DNA of 63,843 nt, counting the filler, from Octopus bimaculoides (taxonomy: Eukaryota), in assembly GCF_001194135.2 (NCBI RefSeq). It is 3 parts of 3 records of this genome, joined end to end, with 100 filler letters (N's around TTAATTAATTAA, not from the genome) between each part and the next. Parts side by side here need not be neighbours in the genome. Positions count along the whole stretch, not along the records: positions 48,163 to 63,843 come from NC_069003.1; 2 more parts are not named here. One strand, given 5' to 3'. Within the stretch, counting starts at the first letter, position 1, and each line of letters begins with the position of its first letter. Made by a program: the position numbers and the translations under genes. Shown piece by piece: positions 60,198 through 63,843 of this stretch. The notes under the pieces were generated by a model. The model did no database searches. It saw only the letters and a program-made list of their open reading frames with translations, and had not been told where the DNA came from.

Positions 60198-63100
60198 AGG
60201 GGATCAATACGATTTGCCATATATACACTAGTTGAGTGAATGGTGTCTTCAGCCGACTATTAAGTTCTCGTCTTACGCAAAACTTTGTTCTTCACCGTAA
60301 ACAGCAGTGGAAATGAATTTTAGGTGAAAATAAATGGCATACGTGGTTGAAATGATATGCCGTAATATTATTGCCCATCACTGCTTGAAATACTTTCTCA
60401 CGTAATAGCTCCGGCTGGGCGGATAACGTGCGCAATGTGTGAGTAATTGTTTACGTATCTCAAAACGTAGGCGTCGCCCACGAGCAGCTCTTGCATGTCT
60501 CCATTGTATCTGTTTCGGAAAGGACTAATGGGTGTGCCAAACATCCCGTTGTCCAGTGGGGGACTTCTGCAGCTGATTCTTCTTCTTCTACCAGAGCTGT
60601 CTTTGTTGCATTATAGGCACCATTAAAATCAGTTAATTTCCTCCGTATATATATCTCATTTTCGAGAGTAAAGTGCAGCGGACAGTGACGACTTTAGTGC
60701 GTTTGTCTCTTGCTGCAGACGGTTAGTTGCCGAAAATGCCAATCTTTCTAGACAGCACTGGNNNNNNNNNNNNNNNNNNNNNNNNNNNNNNNNNNNNNNN
60801 NNNNNNNNNNNNNNNNNNNNNNNNNNNNNNNNNNNNNNNNNNNNNNNNNNNNNNNNNNNNNNNNNNNNNNNNNNNNNNNNNNNNNNNNNNNNNNNNNNNN
60901 NNNNNNNNNNNNNNNNNNNNNNNNNNNNNNNNNNNNNNNNNNNNNNNNNNNNNNNNNNNNNNNNNNNNNNNNNNNNNNNNNNNNNNNNNNNNNNNNNNNN
61001 NNNNNNNNNNNNNNNNNNNNNNNNNNNNNNNNNNNNNNNNNNNNNNNNNNNNNNNNNNNNNNNNNNNNNNNNNNNNNNNNNNNNNNNNNNNNNNNNNNNN
61101 NNNNNNNNNNNNNNNNNNNNNNNNNNNNNNNNNNNNNNNNNNNNNNNNNNNNNNNNNNNNNNNNNNNNNNNNNNNNNNNNNNNNNNNNNNNNNNNNNNNN
61201 NNNNNNNNNNNNNNNNNNNNNNNNNNNNNNNNNNNNNNNNNNNNNNNNNNNNNNNNNNNNNNNNNNNNNNNNNNNNNNNNNNNNNNNNNNNNNNNNNNNN
61301 NNNNNNNNNNNNNNNNNNNNNNNNNNNNNNNNNNNNNNNNNNNNNNNNNNNNNNNNNNNNNNNNNNNNNNNNNNNNNNNNNNNNNNNNNNNNNNNCAGCC
61401 GATTAACGCGACCTACCAGTAAAATTGTTTTTACTGATTTCCGATGAAGATAGCTATGCGTCCGAGTCAGCGAGACTGTTGTCCCTCTTGGCATGTGTTT
61501 AAGAGGGGATCAATACGATTTGCCATATATTCACTAGTTGAGTGAATGGTGTCTTCAGTCGACTATTAACTTCTCGTCTTACGCAAAACATTGTTCTTCA
61601 CCATAAACAGCAGTGGAAATGAATTTTAGGCGAAAATATCTGGCATACGTGGTTGAAATGATACGCCGTAATATTATTGCCCATCACTGCTTGAAATACT
61701 TTCTCATGTCATAGCTCCGGCTGGGCGGATAACGTGCGCAATGTGTGAGTAATTGTTTACGTATCTCCAAAAGTAGGCGTCACCCACGAGCTGCTCTGGC
61801 ATGTCTCCCTTGTATCTGTTTCGGAAAGGACTAATGGGTGTGCAAAACATCCCGTCGTCCAGTCGGGGACCTCTGCAGCAGATTATTCTTCTTGTACCAG
61901 AGCTGTCTTTGTTGCATTATAGGCACCATTAAAATCAAGTGACGACTTTAGTGCGTTTGTCTCTTGCTGCAGACGGTTAGTTGCCGAAAATGCCAATCTC
62001 TCTAGACAGCACTGGTTCTACCTGGAGTTTGTCATAGGCAGATTTCTTTTCTTTCACAACAAAATGCAATAATCAAACGCCATATCAGATAAAATGGCTT
62101 TTAAATATATTTCTAGTGATTTCTTCACTATGTTTTTTTACCGTTAATTAGAAGGACGTTATTCAAAAGCACTTTCAAATTTTGTGAATTGTTAAAGTTC
62201 TATTTTCTATTGCAGAAGTCGTAAGATTTAGCCCGATCAATTTAACTATATGCTACATTAACGAATGCGTTTCTACAAGCAGGAATATATATTGTCTTAA
62301 GAGCGAGAGAGGTGACCTAAAGAATGTGTGTATAGATGTGACAGGTTGTGATAGGTAGAAATGCAAAATATGAAGTAAAACCCAGCTGAAATATATTTAA
62401 ATTCCGTTGACAATACTTTGAAGTTGTAGCAAAGATTTCTCGGCTAACACAAATCGGGTTAGAGAAGAATGGAGATTTAATTATGGTCAACACATGTTTG
62501 AAAGGAAAATAGAATTTTCTCATTTTCCGTAAATGCCTCGCGCATCAATTCATATGTTTGTTCCGGCCAGCCGAATAACGCGAGCTACCAGTAAAATGGT
62601 TTTTACTGATTTCTGATGAATATAGCTATGCGTCCGAGTCAGCGAGACTGTTGTCCCCCTTGGCATGTTTTTAAGAGGGGATCAATACGATTTGCCATAT
62701 ATTCACTAGTTGAGTGAATGGTGTCTTCAGCCGACTATTAAGTTCTCGTCTTACGCAAAACTTTGTTCTTCACCATAAACAGCAGTGGAAATGAATTTTA
62801 GGTGAAAATATTTGGCATACGTGGTTGAACTGATATGCCGTAATATTATTGCCCATCACTGCTTGAAATACTTTCTCACGTAATAGCTCCGGCTGGGCGG
62901 ATAACGTGCGCAATGTGTGAGTAATTGTTTACGTATCTCCAAAAGTCGGCGTCGCCCAAGAGCAGCTCTTGCATGTTTTCCTTGTATCTGTTTCGGAAAG
63001 GACTAATGGGTGTGCAAAACATCCTGTTGTCCAGTGGGGGACCTTTGCAGCTGATTATTCTTCTTAGAACAGAGCTGTCTCTGTTGCATTATAGGCACCA

Positions 63101-63843
63101 TTAAAATCAGCTAATTTCCTCCGTATATATATCTCATTTTCGAGAGTAAAGTGCAGCGGACGTTGACGACTTTAGTGCCTTTGTGTCTTGCTGCAGACGG
63201 TTAGTTGCCGAAAATGCCAATCTTTCTAGACAGCACTTGTCTTACCTCGAGTTTGTCATAGCCAGATTTCTTGTTTTCACAACAAAATGCAATAATCAAA
63301 CGCCATATCGGATAAAATGGCTTTTAAATATATTTCTAGAGATTTCTTCACTATGATTTTTACCGTTATTTAGAAGGACGTTATTCAAAAGTACTTTCAA
63401 ATTTTGTGAATTGTTGAAGTTCTATTTTCTATTGCAGAAGCCGTGAGATTTAGCCCGATCAACTTAATTATATGCTACATTAACGAATACGTTTCTACAA
63501 GGAGGAATATATATCGTCTTAAGAGCGAGAGAGGTGACCTAAAGAATGTGTGTATAGATGTGACAGGTTGTGATACGTAGAAATACAAAATATGAAGTAA
63601 AACCCAGATGAAATATATCTAAATTCCGTTGACATTAGTTTGAAGTTGTAGCAAAGATTTCTCGGCTAACACAAATCGGGTTAGAGAAGAATGGAGATTT
63701 AAAGATGGTCAACACATGTTTGAAAGGAAAATAGAATTTTCTCATTTTCCGTAAATGCATCGCGCATGAATTCATATGTTTGTTCCGTCCAGCCGATTAA
63801 CGCGACCTACCAGTAAAATTGTTTTTACTGATTTCCGATGAAG
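60198..63843. repeat. Tandem array with ~1.22 kb unit, at least 3 copies, continuing past the window end
   Basis: aggggatcaatacgatttgcc at 60198, 61504 and 62676; cagccga(t/a)taacgcg at 61396, 62568 and 63790 (periods 1172 and 1222 bp; copy 2 lacks about 50 bp). Confidence 0.97.

Noticed and set aside
60198-60260. Hammerhead-like fold on the minus strand of the 1.2 kb unit (CUGAAGA...hairpin...CAAAUCG-UAU-UGAUC)
   Set aside because: All three copies have CAAA rather than GAAA, and stem I has only 2 bp.
60335-60365. Faint resemblance of the tandem unit to 5S rRNA or U1 snRNA starts
   Set aside because: Matches are under 12 nt and do not extend; there are no internal promoter boxes or convincing Sm site.

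Overview
AT-rich eukaryotic (animal) genomic DNA from a gapped draft assembly, with about 20 N-gaps, most bordered by (TA)n/(CA)n/(TACA)n microsatellites. The SINE and microsatellite landscape resembles what I recall from Octopus genomes; this is recollection, not a search result. I could not support any intact host protein-coding gene, rRNA, tRNA or CRISPR array. Nearly all ORFs in the supplied track are microsatellite, gap or transposon artefacts. The window is a transposon graveyard. It holds at least five SINE families (over 40 full or partial copies), RTE LINE 3' fragments, two types of RLE-endonuclease (R4/Dong-like) LINE, Penelope-like RT and GIY-YIG relics, mariner, Tc1, maT/DD37D, two Tigger/pogo elements, hAT relics and MITEs. 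The most interesting signals are: (1) at least five sequence-unrelated type-I hammerhead-ribozyme-like motifs. One is near-canonical (47935-47996, minus strand), and a three-copy family has a non-canonical CUG(C/U)UGA-type core, one copy lying downstream of a Penelope GIY-YIG relic. (2) An unexplained ~1.2 kb tandem array from 60198 to the window end. (3) A ~75 bp-arm hairpin bracketed by a 16 bp direct repeat. (4) Several chimeric or rearranged transposons. Coordinates were counted by hand, and repeat boundaries are approximate (about 10-20 bp).
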